From Synechococcales cyanobacterium VAR_4_metabat_354 (lineage in GTDB: Bacteria > Cyanobacteriota > Cyanobacteriia > Cyanobacteriales > Chamaesiphonaceae): a DNA stretch of 64,000 bases. Each line of letters opens with the position of its first letter. Position 1 is the first letter of the stretch. Positions 22,070 to 33,027 of the stretch are shown piece by piece. Location: positions 128,001 to 192,000 of the forward strand of contig JANOQI010000016.1 in the NCBI GenBank assembly GCA_031414775.1. Direction: 5' to 3'. The translations under genes and the position numbers were made by a program. Below the pieces are notes generated by a model, which was not told where the DNA came from, made no database searches, and saw nothing but the letters and a program-made list of their open reading frames with translations.

Positions 22070-22828
22070 ATGAAGCCCACGATCGAACGCATTATTATCG
22101 CAGTAGTGATATTTGTCACCATTATTGCTCTCAGTGTCAAAGTTGTCCCATCCGGCACAGTGGGAGTGGTTTCCACTTTTGGCGTAGTGCAATCACCACC
22201 GCGACAACCCGGTTTGAATTTCCTGATTCCCCTCGCCCAGACAGTCCAAGAGATTTCCATTCAAACCAAGGCTATCCCCGAAGAATTTACGGTGCAGACT
22301 AGAGATTCGCAACAGATTAAGGTGACAGCAACGGCCACCTATGCGATCAATCCGCCCAACGCCCCAGCGATCGTCGCCAATATTGGCCGTACAGAGGATG
22401 CAGTCAGAAATGTGGTAATTCAGCCAATTCTCATATCTTCGGTAAAACGAGTGGTAACGGCTTATGCCATGCAAGAAGTTATTGAGAATCAGGCGCGGAT
22501 TAGTGGCGAGATTCGGGAAGATATTGTGAAAGAACTGGACAAGCAGGGCTATGTGAATTTTCGCGATTTTGCCGTGACCGGGTTTGTGCTAGATATTGAA
22601 GTACAGAAGTCGATCGAACAAAAACAGATTGCGATTCAGGAACGGCAGCGGAAGCTGACGGAGTTGGAAACCGCGCAGATTGAGGCGCAACGGCTAAAAA
22701 CCTTAGATGCGGTGTTGTCTGATCGGATTCTTTTGAAACAGGCGATCGATAAGTGGGATGGTAGTTCGATGATTCCGCCGATGGCTGGGGGAGGGAATTT
22801 AAATCTGTTACTGTCTCCTAAGAAATAA
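22070..22828 (+). CDS. SPFH/prohibitin family protein
   Basis: N-terminal TM, VVPSGTVGVVSTFG, PGLNFLIP, coiled coil, IDKWDG. Confidence 0.85.
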   Translation: MKPTIERIIIAVVIFVTIIALSVKVVPSGTVGVVSTFGVVQSPPRQPGLNFLIPLAQTVQEISIQTKAIPEEFTVQTRDSQQIKVTATATYAINPPNAPAIVANIGRTEDAVRNVVIQPILISSVKRVVTAYAMQEVIENQARISGEIREDIVKELDKQGYVNFRDFAVTGFVLDIEVQKSIEQKQIAIQERQRKLTELETAQIEAQRLKTLDAVLSDRILLKQAIDKWDGSSMIPPMAGGGNLNLLLSPKK

Positions 22829-22929
22829 GTATGATCTTTATAAGACTATAAGAGTGGTTTTTATTTATGGGCACTAAAGTCTGTTTTATTTGGTCTAATC
22901 GATCTTACCCTTTAAGCCATCTACCACTT

Positions 22930-23607
22930 ATGAAACAATTTATACCAGTGGCTATAATTAGCCTGACCGCATGCGCTAGCCATTGGCCAGCTGTAGCTGG
23001 TGAGATCGCCCCTCGGGTGCTGATATCACAGTCTAGCTATGGACGCGAGCGAGATTTATTGGCTGCTGGTCTGACTAAGTACCAAAAAGGTGATTACCAA
23101 GGCGCGATCTCGGACTACAGTAAAGCGATCGATCTCAACCGCAATTATGCCGAAGCGTACAATAATCGGGGTAATGCCCGCGCGGCAATCAACCAACGCT
23201 CAGCGGCGATCAATGATTTTACTCAAGCAGTACGAATTAACAGCAATGATGAATATGCCTATAGCAATAGAGGCACAGTGTACCTGGAAGATGGCAAAAA
23301 AGAACAAGCCCTGACCGATTTCAATAAAGCCATCAAAATCAATCCTAGTTATGCCAAAGCTTATTATCATCGCGGCTTGGCCAATTCTGATTTAGGCAAC
23401 TGGCGGGAAGCGGTCTCGGACTTTACCAATGCAATTTCGCGCTCTTCCCAATATGCCAAGGCTTACTATCAGCGTGCTGATGTGAAGGAACGTGATGGCG
23501 ATCGCAGCGGTGCTAGGACAGATTTCCAAAAAGCGGCAGATCTCTACAAGCAGCAAGGAAAAATATCTAGCTACCAAGAATCTTTGGAGCGGTCACGCCG
23601 ATTGTGA
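22930..23607 (+). CDS. Secreted tetratricopeptide repeat protein
   Basis: Signal-like N-terminus; repeats such as AEAYNNRGNARA, AYSNRGTVY, AKAYYHRGLA. Confidence 0.88.
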   Translation: MKQFIPVAIISLTACASHWPAVAGEIAPRVLISQSSYGRERDLLAAGLTKYQKGDYQGAISDYSKAIDLNRNYAEAYNNRGNARAAINQRSAAINDFTQAVRINSNDEYAYSNRGTVYLEDGKKEQALTDFNKAIKINPSYAKAYYHRGLANSDLGNWREAVSDFTNAISRSSQYAKAYYQRADVKERDGDRSGARTDFQKAADLYKQQGKISSYQESLERSRRL

Positions 23608-23650
23608 TCGATCGTCTCTGGCGGGAGCAAATCTATATCAATACTTTAAA

Positions 23651-23691
23651 ACGCTGGTGAAAACTTAGTTGCATTAAGTCTTCGCCAGCGT
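23651..23691 (-). terminator. Hairpin downstream of metK
   Basis: ACGCTGGTGAAAACTTA / TAAGTCTTCGCCAGCGT near-perfect 17-bp stem between convergent genes. Confidence 0.6.
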
Positions 23692-23725
23692 CTCTAACTT
23701 CTGTCGTATTAACTAGCAGCCAAAG

Positions 23726-24979
23726 CTAGACAGTTGCCAATTGTTGAGCCGCTTTCGATAAAACATCCGCCTTATCGGTTTTCTCCCAGGGTAAATCTAG
23801 ATCATTGCGACCAAAGTGACCATAGGCCGCCACATCCTGATAGAAGCGACCATTACGCTCCCCGGGTAGTTGGCGTAGGCCAAAGGTGGCTAGAATACCT
23901 GCTGGGCGAAGTTCAAAATGCTTTTCCACCAGATCCAAAATGTCGTCATCGCTAATCTTGCCCGTACCAAAGGTATCGACCAAAATACTTACGGGACGAG
24001 CAACTCCGATCGCATAGCTGAGTTGCACTTCGCATTTTTCAGCCAAACCAGAGGCAACCACGTTCTTCGCGACGTGACGACAAGCATAAGCAGCAGATCT
24101 ATCTACCTTGGTGGGATCTTTGCCCGAAAAGGCGCCACCGCCGTGGCGAGAGTAACCACCGTAGGTATCGACAATAATTTTGCGACCAGTTAGACCAGCA
24201 TCGCCTTGCGGGCCACCAATAACAAACTTACCGGTCGGATTCACCAAATACTTAGTGGCACCGTCGGGCTTAATGCTGAGGTCAGAGAAGACTGGCTCGA
24301 CAACATTTTTCCACAGCTCATCTTTGATCTTTTTCTGCACACCAGCGTCATCGGTAATGTCACCAATGGTGGCATCATGCTGAGTCGAGAGTAAAATCGT
24401 ATCGATCGCTACTGGTTTACCACCTTCGTAAGCGATCGTGACTTGGGTTTTACCATCAGGACGCAAGTAAGACATGATCCCAGTTTTACGGACTACTGCC
24501 ATCTGCCGAGCCAGCCGGTGCGCCACACTAATGGGGAGGGGCATTAGCTCTGGTGTTTCGTTACAGGCATACCCAAACATAATGCCTTGGTCGCCTGCTC
24601 CAATTTTGTCGAAGCTATCGCTGCTGTTATCGTCCCGAGTTTCTTGGGCTGTATCTACACCTTGGGCAATATCCGCCGACTGTTGATCGAGGGCGATTAG
24701 TACCGAAGCGCTGTTGGCAGAAAAGCCATTATCGGCATCGGTGTAGCCAATTTCAGCAATTTTGGCACGAGCTAAATCAATGTAGTTGACTTGAGCTTTG
24801 CTAGTAATCTCACCTGTAATGAGAACTAAACCCGTGTTGACAACCACTTCTGCTGCCACTCGACTAGCCGGATCCTGTGCTAGTAAAGCGTCCAGAATAG
24901 TATCGGAAATTTGGTCACAGATTTTGTCAGGATGTCCTTCTGTGACTGATTCTGAGGTAAATAAGTAGCGACGAGACAA
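23726..24979 (-). CDS. metK: S-adenosylmethionine synthetase
   Basis: [38 protein letters not shown] start 24979 after GGAGG. Confidence 0.97.
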   Translation of the reverse strand: MSRRYLFTSESVTEGHPDKICDQISDTILDALLAQDPASRVAAEVVVNTGLVLITGEITSKAQVNYIDLARAKIAEIGYTDADNGFSANSASVLIALDQQSADIAQGVDTAQETRDDNSSDSFDKIGAGDQGIMFGYACNETPELMPLPISVAHRLARQMAVVRKTGIMSYLRPDGKTQVTIAYEGGKPVAIDTILLSTQHDATIGDITDDAGVQKKIKDELWKNVVEPVFSDLSIKPDGATKYLVNPTGKFVIGGPQGDAGLTGRKIIVDTYGGYSRHGGGAFSGKDPTKVDRSAAYACRHVAKNVVASGLAEKCEVQLSYAIGVARPVSILVDTFGTGKISDDDILDLVEKHFELRPAGILATFGLRQLPGERNGRFYQDVAAYGHFGRNDLDLPWEKTDKADVLSKAAQQLATV

Positions 24980-25146
24980 GTAATAATCCTCCGTGAATTT
25001 AGAATCGACCAGGGTTAATGAGATACAGCGGCAACCTACAAACATTTGTTAAGAAGACTTGATGTAATCTTAACCACTACCAACTTTGTAAATCACTCTA
25101 GCAGTTAACGGGACTTAACATGTTAAGTGAATAATTAGAGTTAATC

Positions 25147-26283
25147 TTAGCTACCCAGTATTTGAGCTGCTGCTGCTACCCCAGACTGTTTCGCCGGATG
25201 ACCTAATTCGGCTAGGGTGCCTTCGAGGGCGGCCAAAGCAGTGAGAATATCTCGATCGCACACAAAACCCAAATGTCCAATACGGAAGACTTGACCTTTG
25301 AGGTGATCTTGACCGCCAGCGAGGACAATGTCGTACTTTTTCTTCATCACGCTGCGGATTTGTTCGGCATCGGTGGTGGCCACCGCCGTAATGGCTGGGC
25401 TACCATAACCTTCTGGAGCGTAGAGTTCTAAGCCCATCGCTTGAATGGCTGCTCTAGTGGCGGCGCGATGGCGATGATGGCGAGCAAAGATGTTTTCTAA
25501 ACCTTCCCGTTTCATCATATTTAGAGCAGCTTGCAGCGCAAAGATGAGGTTCACTGGTGGCGTAAAAGGCGTGGTATCTTTGGCGGCATCTTTTTTGTAC
25601 TTGCCCAGATCCATATAAAATTTGGGGATCTTGGCGGTTTCGTAAGCTGCCCAAGCTTTAGCACTGACAGCCACAAAGCCTAAACCGGGAGGAATCATAA
25701 AGCCTTTTTGAGAACCAGAACACACTACGTCTAGACCCCAGTCATCGATCGGTACATTAGTTGCTCCTAAGCTGGTGACGGCATCGACAATCATCAAGGC
25801 ACCATGAGCTTTGACGTGCTTGTTGATGGTTTCTAAATCGTTAATTACGCCCGTGGAAGTTTCACTGTGGGTAATGACTACGCCTTTAATTTGTTTTTGG
25901 CTATCCGCTGCCAAGGCTGCTTGCACATCAGCTGGATTCAAGGGCTGTCCCCAGGGAGCCGTTACTTCTACTACATCCAGGCTAAAAGCTTTGGCGACAA
26001 TTGCCCAGCGCTCACCAAATTTACCGTTGTGTAAAACCAGGATTCGATCGCCAGGGCTAAAGAAGTTGATAATGCCTGCTTCCATCGCGCCAGTGCCCGA
26101 AGCAGTCAGCATCAGAACATCATTAGTAGTTTGGTGTAACCATTTGAGGTTGGCGGTCACCTCGGCCATGATTTGACTGAATTCACCGCTGCGATGGCCG
26201 ATCGGATGTTTAGCAAGAGCTAACAAAACATTCTCTGGCACTGGGGTGGGGCCAGGAATCATCAACATTAATTTATTTTCCAT
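25147..26283 (-). CDS. Class V aminotransferase (serine/alanine-glyoxylate aminotransferase-like)
   Basis: LMIPGPTPVP, SGTGAMEA, HSETSTG, DAVTS, SGSQKGFMIPPG (PLP Lys). Confidence 0.9.
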   Translation of the reverse strand: MENKLMLMIPGPTPVPENVLLALAKHPIGHRSGEFSQIMAEVTANLKWLHQTTNDVLMLTASGTGAMEAGIINFFSPGDRILVLHNGKFGERWAIVAKAFSLDVVEVTAPWGQPLNPADVQAALAADSQKQIKGVVITHSETSTGVINDLETINKHVKAHGALMIVDAVTSLGATNVPIDDWGLDVVCSGSQKGFMIPPGLGFVAVSAKAWAAYETAKIPKFYMDLGKYKKDAAKDTTPFTPPVNLIFALQAALNMMKREGLENIFARHHRHRAATRAAIQAMGLELYAPEGYGSPAITAVATTDAEQIRSVMKKKYDIVLAGGQDHLKGQVFRIGHLGFVCDRDILTALAALEGTLAELGHPAKQSGVAAAAQILGS

Positions 26284-26380
26284 GATGTTTTTCTCTAAAT
26301 CTCTAAATAGTTTCTGGGTGAATTCAACTAGCGGCCACGCTTAGACAGGACATTCTAACCTGGATTGCTTATTTTTTTGT

Positions 26381-27268
26381 TTAGCTGACGCTGTATAGAT
26401 CGATAATCGCTTGGGTTGGATCGGGTTGCTTAATTAAGGATTCACCGACTAGGACTGCCCGGGCACCAGCATTTTTGACAGCAGTTAAGTCAGCGGGCTG
26501 ATGAATTCCCGACTCGCTGACGACCAAAATCTGTCGATCGATCAACTGCTGACCATACTTGTTCATTAGCTCAGCGGTGGTTTGCAAGTCTACCTCAAAG
26601 TTAGTGAGATTACGGTTATTAATCCCAATTAAGTTCACGCCTTCCAAGGTGAGAACTCGTTCTAACTCTTCGGCCGTATGGACTTCAATCAGAGCAGTCA
26701 TACCCAACGCCTTGATAATTTTCAGGAAATACTGCAAATCGCCATCGGGTAAAATCGCCGCAATCAGCAACACCGCATCGGCACCATGCTTGCGCCCCAG
26801 ATAAATCTGGTAGGGATAGATCACGAACTCTTTGCAGAGTAAGGGCAAATCCACCGCTGATCGCACTTTCGACAAGTTCTCGAAGCTGCCTTGAAAGAAC
26901 TTGCTATCAGTTAGTACTGACAGGCAACTCGCCCCACCCTGTTGGTATGCTTGGGCGATCGCCACTGGATCAAAGTCTGATCGGATCACGCCTTTACTGG
27001 GCGAGGCTTTTTTGACCTCAGCAATCAGGGCGGGCTGCAACTTACTGGTGTTTAAAGCTGCCCAGAAATCACGGGGCGGTGGCGCGGCGGCCAGTTGTTG
27101 ACGCAGGTCGGCCAAAGGCAACTTTTCGCGCCAACGGGCTACTTCTCGTTCCTTTTGCCAAACTATTTCTTCCAGGATGTGCCGAGGCTTACTATCCGGC
27201 ACCTTAATCTGAAATTCTAAGTTGCTGATATTGACCGACAAACCGGGCTGGATGCGGCGTATTTCCAT
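26381..27268 (-). CDS. trpC: Indole-3-glycerol phosphate synthase
   Basis: [39 protein letters not shown]. Confidence 0.96.
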   Translation of the reverse strand: MEIRRIQPGLSVNISNLEFQIKVPDSKPRHILEEIVWQKEREVARWREKLPLADLRQQLAAAPPPRDFWAALNTSKLQPALIAEVKKASPSKGVIRSDFDPVAIAQAYQQGGASCLSVLTDSKFFQGSFENLSKVRSAVDLPLLCKEFVIYPYQIYLGRKHGADAVLLIAAILPDGDLQYFLKIIKALGMTALIEVHTAEELERVLTLEGVNLIGINNRNLTNFEVDLQTTAELMNKYGQQLIDRQILVVSESGIHQPADLTAVKNAGARAVLVGESLIKQPDPTQAIIDLYSVS

Positions 27269-27273
27269 GGGTG

Positions 27274-28704
27274 CTAATGGGCAAAGGCCGCTTTTTTGAA
27301 GGCATCATCCAACACTTCGGAGAGGGTGGGATGAGCGTGGGTAATCTGGGCTAGTTCTTTGATGGATTGCCGGGCAGCGATGGCATTAGCCGCTTCTTGA
27401 ATTAAATCAGAGGCATGAAGACCAATGATGTGAGTACCAAGCAGTTCACCAGTATCAGTCCGATAAATCACTTTAGCTAGGCCATCAGCTTCGCCTTCGG
27501 CGATGGCCTTGGAGTTACCTTTAAAGTAGCTCTTGGCAGTGGCTACAGTGAAACCCTGAGTGGCACCCTGCTCTTTTGCTTGGGCTTCGGTCAGTCCCAC
27601 AAAACTAATCTCGGGGTGGGTAAAAGCAGCAGCTGGAATACTTTGATAATCGACGGTGCGCGGATGGCCACAGATATTATCTACTGCCACTATGCCTTGG
27701 GTGGCAGCGGTGTGCGCCAGCATCATCTTGCCGGTGGCATCGCCAATTGCCCAGGTATTGGCTACTGGCTGACCGTCAATCAACACTTGCATTCGATCGT
27801 TCACCGGAATAAAGCCCCGTTCTAAGGTGACTCCGATCGATTCCAAATTAAGGTTTTTGGTATCGGGTACCCGACCGGTGGCGACCAGACAGGCATCGAC
27901 TTCCAGCACTTCTACAATTTCTTTGGTCTGGGCGTTGGCTAGCTCAATTGTGACCGGACTGCCGGGGGTGATTTTCATCGCCAACATCCCGGATCTAGTT
28001 TCCACATCACGCGGTTTGAGCAAAATCCGCTCAGCGAGGGTAGCAATATCTCGATCGAACGTCGGCATCAGTTGGTCTACAGCTTCAATGATCGTAACTT
28101 CTGAACCCAGGGCGGTATAAACATCAGCAAACTCTAGACCAATATAGCCACTGCCGATAATCGCCACCCAATCGGGCACCGATTCCAGCTTAATCGCATC
28201 ATCGCTGGTGAAAACAGTCTTACCATCTAGCTGAATTCCGGGTGGGACGAAGGGCATCGAGCCAGAGGAAATAATAATGTCTCGGCCGGTGATAATCTGG
28301 TCGCCTGCGGGGGTGGTGACACTGACCTTTTGGGTGCCAACAACTTGGCCGTAGCCTCTAATAATGTCTACTTTCAGGCGGGTCAAGCTATTGGTCAGAT
28401 CGCCCCGTAATTTGCTCACAATGTTACCAGCATGATCGGCAATGGCCTGTCGATCGTAGGTCACGGCTCCCACCTGAATGCCCAAAGCCCGGAGATGCTG
28501 AGTATCACGCATTTCCCGAACACGCCCAGAGGCCGCCAGCAGTGCTTTGGATGGAATGCAACCCCGATTGACGCAGGTGCCACCCATATCGCCTGCTTCA
28601 ATGATGGCAGTTTTGAGACCACAACTCACGGCATGGATGGCTGCGCCGTGGCCGCCTACTCCAGCCCCAATAATTACTAAATCATAGTCAAATTGTTGAC
28701 TCAC
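27274..28704 (-). CDS. lpdA: Dihydrolipoyl dehydrogenase
   Basis: [35 protein letters not shown]. Confidence 0.95.
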   Translation of the reverse strand: MSQQFDYDLVIIGAGVGGHGAAIHAVSCGLKTAIIEAGDMGGTCVNRGCIPSKALLAASGRVREMRDTQHLRALGIQVGAVTYDRQAIADHAGNIVSKLRGDLTNSLTRLKVDIIRGYGQVVGTQKVSVTTPAGDQIITGRDIIISSGSMPFVPPGIQLDGKTVFTSDDAIKLESVPDWVAIIGSGYIGLEFADVYTALGSEVTIIEAVDQLMPTFDRDIATLAERILLKPRDVETRSGMLAMKITPGSPVTIELANAQTKEIVEVLEVDACLVATGRVPDTKNLNLESIGVTLERGFIPVNDRMQVLIDGQPVANTWAIGDATGKMMLAHTAATQGIVAVDNICGHPRTVDYQSIPAAAFTHPEISFVGLTEAQAKEQGATQGFTVATAKSYFKGNSKAIAEGEADGLAKVIYRTDTGELLGTHIIGLHASDLIQEAANAIAARQSIKELAQITHAHPTLSEVLDDAFKKAAFAH

Positions 28705-29011
28705 GCCAGGAAACCCTCATTAATAATGCGCCAATACTGCGCCGACTTCTTCTGGCTTTATTCTCGCTCTCCCTGATCGCTCTTGTAAAGGGCTGAGACT
28801 GTGTATGTTGAAAAGTATAAATTTGAGATTGAGGGAAATGCGCTACTTACTACTATTGGCTGATTCGCAATATATGATCTTGCTAGTATTGCGATTGTCT
28901 TGTTAGTATCGACTTAGAAAAAGCCTATAAACTACACGCACACGTAAAAGATATTAGAGAACCAAATTCACACTAGGCTCTACGTGCTGTTTATTTGAAA
29001 ATTTTATTATC

Positions 29012-29959
29012 ATGACATTACTTACTATTGCTATCCCGTCTTTTAACAGAGCGACTTTGCTAGATAACCAACTATCTTGGCTGTGCCAAGAAATTAAAGG
29101 CTGCGAATCAGAGTGCGAAATCTTAGTATCAGATAACTCTTCTACAGATGATACGGCCGATATCATCAAAAAATGGCAAAGGAATAGCAAAAATATTTCT
29201 TGGAGCGTCAACAGAAATCCTGAAAATATTGGGGTGATGCGGAATATTTCTTATTGCTTACAAAACGCTGCAAGTGAATATGTGTGGGTAATTGGGGATG
29301 ATGATGATATTAAACCAGGCACCCTCAGCTATGTGCTCAACAGCTTTAAACAAGATCCGGAGTTAACCTTACTGACTCTTAACTACTCGATGTTTGATGT
29401 CACTACCAGTACTCTCAAAAAAGCATCCAGGTTTAGTCTTGATCAGGACAAAATTATTCAGGGTTGTATGACCGAAAGCGATCAAATTGAATACCCGATG
29501 GTCTTGGGATTGGGGTTTATGTCTGCTCAAATCTATCACACCACCACCGTCCAGCGTGCGATCGCCAGTTGGCCACATGCTTTGAATAATTTGGAAGTGC
29601 AGATATACTGGGGCGCATTTTGCGCTGCACAAGGTAATTCTAAAGTTACTAAAAGTGTTTATGTCCAATATAATTGTGGCGATAATACCCTGTCTAAACC
29701 ACGTAACTGGTTTAAATGTTATTACTGCGATGCCCCCAACGTGTATTTGAAAATGCTGGGAATTGGTTATCACAAGAAATTCATGAGAGATCTGCTGATT
29801 AAAACATTTTTTAATCAGCACGAGTTTAAAGCTATTATCAAAGGAATTATCAAATGGCCAACCTTGGGAGTTAACGTAATTCAAGCTCTGGGTCTGTTGT
29901 TGATTACTTGCAACTTGCCAATTGGCAATAATCTCACCATCAATCCAGTTAGAAAATAG
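29012..29959 (+). CDS. Glycosyltransferase family 2
   Basis: LTIAIPSFNR, ILVSDNSSTD, YVWVIGDDD. Confidence 0.88.
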   Translation: MTLLTIAIPSFNRATLLDNQLSWLCQEIKGCESECEILVSDNSSTDDTADIIKKWQRNSKNISWSVNRNPENIGVMRNISYCLQNAASEYVWVIGDDDDIKPGTLSYVLNSFKQDPELTLLTLNYSMFDVTTSTLKKASRFSLDQDKIIQGCMTESDQIEYPMVLGLGFMSAQIYHTTTVQRAIASWPHALNNLEVQIYWGAFCAAQGNSKVTKSVYVQYNCGDNTLSKPRNWFKCYYCDAPNVYLKMLGIGYHKKFMRDLLIKTFFNQHEFKAIIKGIIKWPTLGVNVIQALGLLLITCNLPIGNNLTINPVRK

Positions 29960-29982
29960 CTGTGATGGCAGCTCTTGTTCAA

Positions 29983-30279
29983 TTATGGTGTCTGACGATT
30001 TTTTTCAGGATTTTGAGGAGTGAGACTGGAGCGATTATCCCAGCGGTAAAGAGTAATCATTAGTGCAACTACGCCTACTTGGAGAGCGAGATTGGGAATA
30101 GTGTTGGCGAGATCACGACCAGCGGCTAGTCTGGCCAAGAATACTACGCCGCCAATGAAGCCCGAACCGGCAAAAGCCAGATAAAAAAACTTGCGTAATC
30201 CTTTGTATGGTGATTTGGCCTCGGTTTTAAGTCTTTTGTATAGCTCTGGATCGATATCTTTAATTGGTGATTTGGTCAT
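29983..30279 (-). CDS. DUF3493-like small membrane protein
   Basis: RLKTEAKSPYKGLRKFFYLAFAGSGFIG...PNLALQVG; two TM segments. Confidence 0.7.
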   Translation of the reverse strand: MTKSPIKDIDPELYKRLKTEAKSPYKGLRKFFYLAFAGSGFIGGVVFLARLAAGRDLANTIPNLALQVGVVALMITLYRWDNRSSLTPQNPEKNRQTP

Positions 30280-30324
30280 AAAATTTTAGTCGGTGCAATG
30301 TATCCTCTATATTAGAAGTAAGTC

Positions 30325-30396
30325 GCCGATGTAGCTCAGTGGTAGAGCACTCGATTCGTAATCGAGCGGCCGTGAGTTCGACTCTCATCATCGGCT
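30325..30396 (+). tRNA. trnT: tRNA-Thr(CGT)
   Basis: GCCGATG acceptor / CATCGGC, D-arm AGCTCAGTGGTAGAGC, anticodon arm CTCGA-TTCGTAA-TCGAG, T-loop GTTCGAC. Confidence 0.96.
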
Positions 30397-30467
30397 TCAT
30401 CTAAGATATGAAGCAGCCTGAATAGCTGTCACCAAGCTATAACCATAAGTTTTTCGAGATATTGAGT

Positions 30468-32072
30468 ATGCTGCGCATTACCGAAATAAAGCTTCCGATC
30501 GATCACATCGCGGGTGAAATCAAGGCAGCTATTCTCCGGAAGCTGCATCTTCAGGCTCCAGACTTAATTAGCTATTCGATCTTCAAGCGCAGCTATGATG
30601 CTCGCCAAAAAGGCGAAATCCGCTTGGTCTATATTGTGGATGTGGAAACCACCAAAGAAAAATATTTACTGAACCAGTTCAAGAAAGATCCCCATGTACT
30701 GGCCACACCGGACATGAGTTATCGATCGGTGGCTCATGCTCCCCATAACTTGGCACACCGTCCAATCGTGATTGGGGCTGGCCCTTGTGGTTTGTTCGCG
30801 GCTTTGCTGTTAGCACAGATGGGATTTCGTCCGATCGTACTAGAACGGGGCAAGAAAGTACGCGATCGCACTGCCGATACTTTTGGTTTTTGGAAAAAGC
30901 GGCTGGAATTCAACCCGGAATCCAATGCCCAATTTGGCGAGGGTGGGGCTGGTACTTTTTCGGATGGCAAACTTTACAGCCAAGTGAAAGATCCGCAGCA
31001 CTACGGACGGAAGGTTTTAACTGAGTTTGTGAAGGCGGGCGCTTCCCCAGAAATCCTGTACATCAATAAACCCCACATCGGTACTTTCAAGCTGGTGGGG
31101 ATTGTCCAAAATTTCCGCGCTCAGATCGAAGCATTGGGCGGTGAATTTCGGTTTCAAAGCCGCGTGACTGATCTAGATGTTGTAGATGGCCAGGTGCGGG
31201 GCTTGACTGTAGCGAGTGGCGAATATCTACGCAGTGACCATCTGGTTTTAGCCGTGGGGCACAGCGCCCGCGATACATTCCAAATGTTGTTCGATCGCGG
31301 GGTGTATCTGGAGGCCAAACCCTTCTCGATCGGCTTTCGGATTGAACATCCCCAAACCATGATTGATACTTGTCGGTTTGGGGCGCAAGCTGGCCACAAA
31401 GTTTTGGGAGCGGCGGATTACAAGCTAGTGCATCACTGTCAAAACGGTCGATCGGTTTATAGTTTTTGCATGTGTCCGGGTGGTCTGGTGGTGGCAGCGA
31501 CCTCGGAGACCGGGCGGGTGGTGACCAATGGGATGAGCCAGTATTCGCGCAATGAAAGGAATGCTAATAGTGGAATTGTAGTGGGCATCTCACCGACCGA
31601 TTATCCTGGCTATGCTCTGGCCGGGATTGATTTGCAACGGCGATTAGAAGAACAAGCCTTTGTGTTGGGTGGTAGTAACTATGCAGCACCGGGGCAATTA
31701 GTAGGGGATTTTTTGGCCGATCGATCTTCCACCACTTTAGGGACAGTTAAGCCTTCTTATACGCCTGGCGTGCATTTGGGCGATCTGAGTCAGAGTTTGC
31801 CAGATTATGCGATCGAAGCGATTCGGGAAGCTTTGCCAGCTTTCGATAAACAAATTAAAGGTTTTGCAATGGCTGATGCGGTATTGACGGGTGTGGAGAC
31901 GCGCACTTCTTCGCCGATTCGGATTAAACGTAATGAATATTATCAGAGTTTGAATACGGTTGGTTTGTATCCAGCGGGGGAGGGAGCGGGCTATGCTGGG
32001 GGGATTTTGTCGGCGGGGATTGACGGGATTAAAGTTGCTGAAGCAGTGGCCTTAAGTATTCTGAAAAGCTAG
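30468..32072 (+). CDS. NAD(P)/FAD-dependent oxidoreductase (uncharacterised FAD dehydrogenase family)
   Basis: IGAGPCGLF, QFGEGGAGTFSDGKL, SFCMCPGG, GVETRTSSP, GEGAGYAGGI. Confidence 0.9.
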   Translation: MLRITEIKLPIDHIAGEIKAAILRKLHLQAPDLISYSIFKRSYDARQKGEIRLVYIVDVETTKEKYLLNQFKKDPHVLATPDMSYRSVAHAPHNLAHRPIVIGAGPCGLFAALLLAQMGFRPIVLERGKKVRDRTADTFGFWKKRLEFNPESNAQFGEGGAGTFSDGKLYSQVKDPQHYGRKVLTEFVKAGASPEILYINKPHIGTFKLVGIVQNFRAQIEALGGEFRFQSRVTDLDVVDGQVRGLTVASGEYLRSDHLVLAVGHSARDTFQMLFDRGVYLEAKPFSIGFRIEHPQTMIDTCRFGAQAGHKVLGAADYKLVHHCQNGRSVYSFCMCPGGLVVAATSETGRVVTNGMSQYSRNERNANSGIVVGISPTDYPGYALAGIDLQRRLEEQAFVLGGSNYAAPGQLVGDFLADRSSTTLGTVKPSYTPGVHLGDLSQSLPDYAIEAIREALPAFDKQIKGFAMADAVLTGVETRTSSPIRIKRNEYYQSLNTVGLYPAGEGAGYAGGILSAGIDGIKVAEAVALSILKS

Positions 32073-32303
32073 AGAAAGAAAGGCGTGTACATCTGAGTGC
32101 TCAACAAATTTGGAAGGTACTAAAAAAAGGCGAAAAGATTGAGCGTTATTGCAGCACTATGACAAAGTTAGGGCTAGTAGAAGAAAGTTTAAATAGTGAA
32201 GCCTACTATTAAATGACAGAACCCAATAACGCTATAAATTAAGACCCGACTACTTACCGCAGCCGAGTACTTAAGGTGATAGAGAAATTACAGGCAATGA
32301 ATG

Positions 32304-32723
32304 TTAGCCGATCCGGGGAGAAGACATTAAGTCAATCGCCACCAACGAGATTTTGTTTTGGGAATCTAAAGAGAACCGCCAAGCCATATTGAGACCAGGA
32401 CTATCGCCAGACCAGGTAGTTTGCATCCTCCCAGTTACTCGCATCCTAGTCAGCTCATCATCTTGGTATGAAACCAAACCTTGGTCTGGCAATATCTTAA
32501 TATTCTGGCATTCCGCTTCGAGATAGCTCAGAATCTGCTCTTTGCCCACGATGGGCTGTTGAAAGGGTGGTTGCAGAGCACCACCAGTCACAAACAGATC
32601 GACTACGGCATCAAAATCATTAGCGTTCATACTACTCAAATATTCCAACACGGTGGAATTAGTAATGCTCTCGATCGCCCTTGGCGCTAGCAGAGTCATC
32701 GCTGAGTCAATAGTAGATGTCAT
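32304..32723 (-). CDS. Stand-alone OCP C-terminal (NTF2-like) domain protein, OCP-derived
   Basis: Aligns without gaps to the C-terminal domain of the OCP at 34968-35918 (MNANDFDAV, GALQPPFQ.PIVGK, ECQN, NMAWRF, VAIDL); GAGG RBS. Confidence 0.88.
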   Translation of the reverse strand: MTSTIDSAMTLLAPRAIESITNSTVLEYLSSMNANDFDAVVDLFVTGGALQPPFQQPIVGKEQILSYLEAECQNIKILPDQGLVSYQDDELTRMRVTGRMQTTWSGDSPGLNMAWRFSLDSQNKISLVAIDLMSSPRIG

Positions 32724-32954
32724 TATTTCCTCATTTTCTTATGCAAGAGGTTTAACTACTTTAGCTACTAAATTGTGAGGAATTAGAAGCTCAGCAGTTA
32801 CTGGCTATCTTATTATAAATATTTTATAAAGTTTATATTATCTTATACATTTTAAACATTTAGTTTTAAGTCATTATGATTAGGCCAAGATCATTATAAA
32901 GCTCTCCCAGACTAATGAAGGAGAGCTTGAAAGCAACAAATTACACATGTATTA

Positions 32955-32991
32955 AATGTATCAAAGATAACAAAGTTATCTTTGATACATT
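32955..32991 (-). terminator. Perfect 17-bp inverted repeat downstream of the linker genes
   Basis: AATGTATCAAAGATAAC-AAA-GTTATCTTTGATACATT. Confidence 0.65.
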
Positions 32992-33027
32992 GTTCTCAAT
33001 CTATTTATTAAATTCATTCTAAATTCA

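Noticed and set aside
29369..29884. 171-aa antisense ORF
   Set aside because: Lies wholly opposite the GT2 gene, with no motif.
30325..32304. Possible island integrated at tRNA-Thr(CGT)
   Set aside because: No integrase and no duplicated tRNA 3' end seen; the downstream oxidoreductase carries many CGATCG sites like the host.
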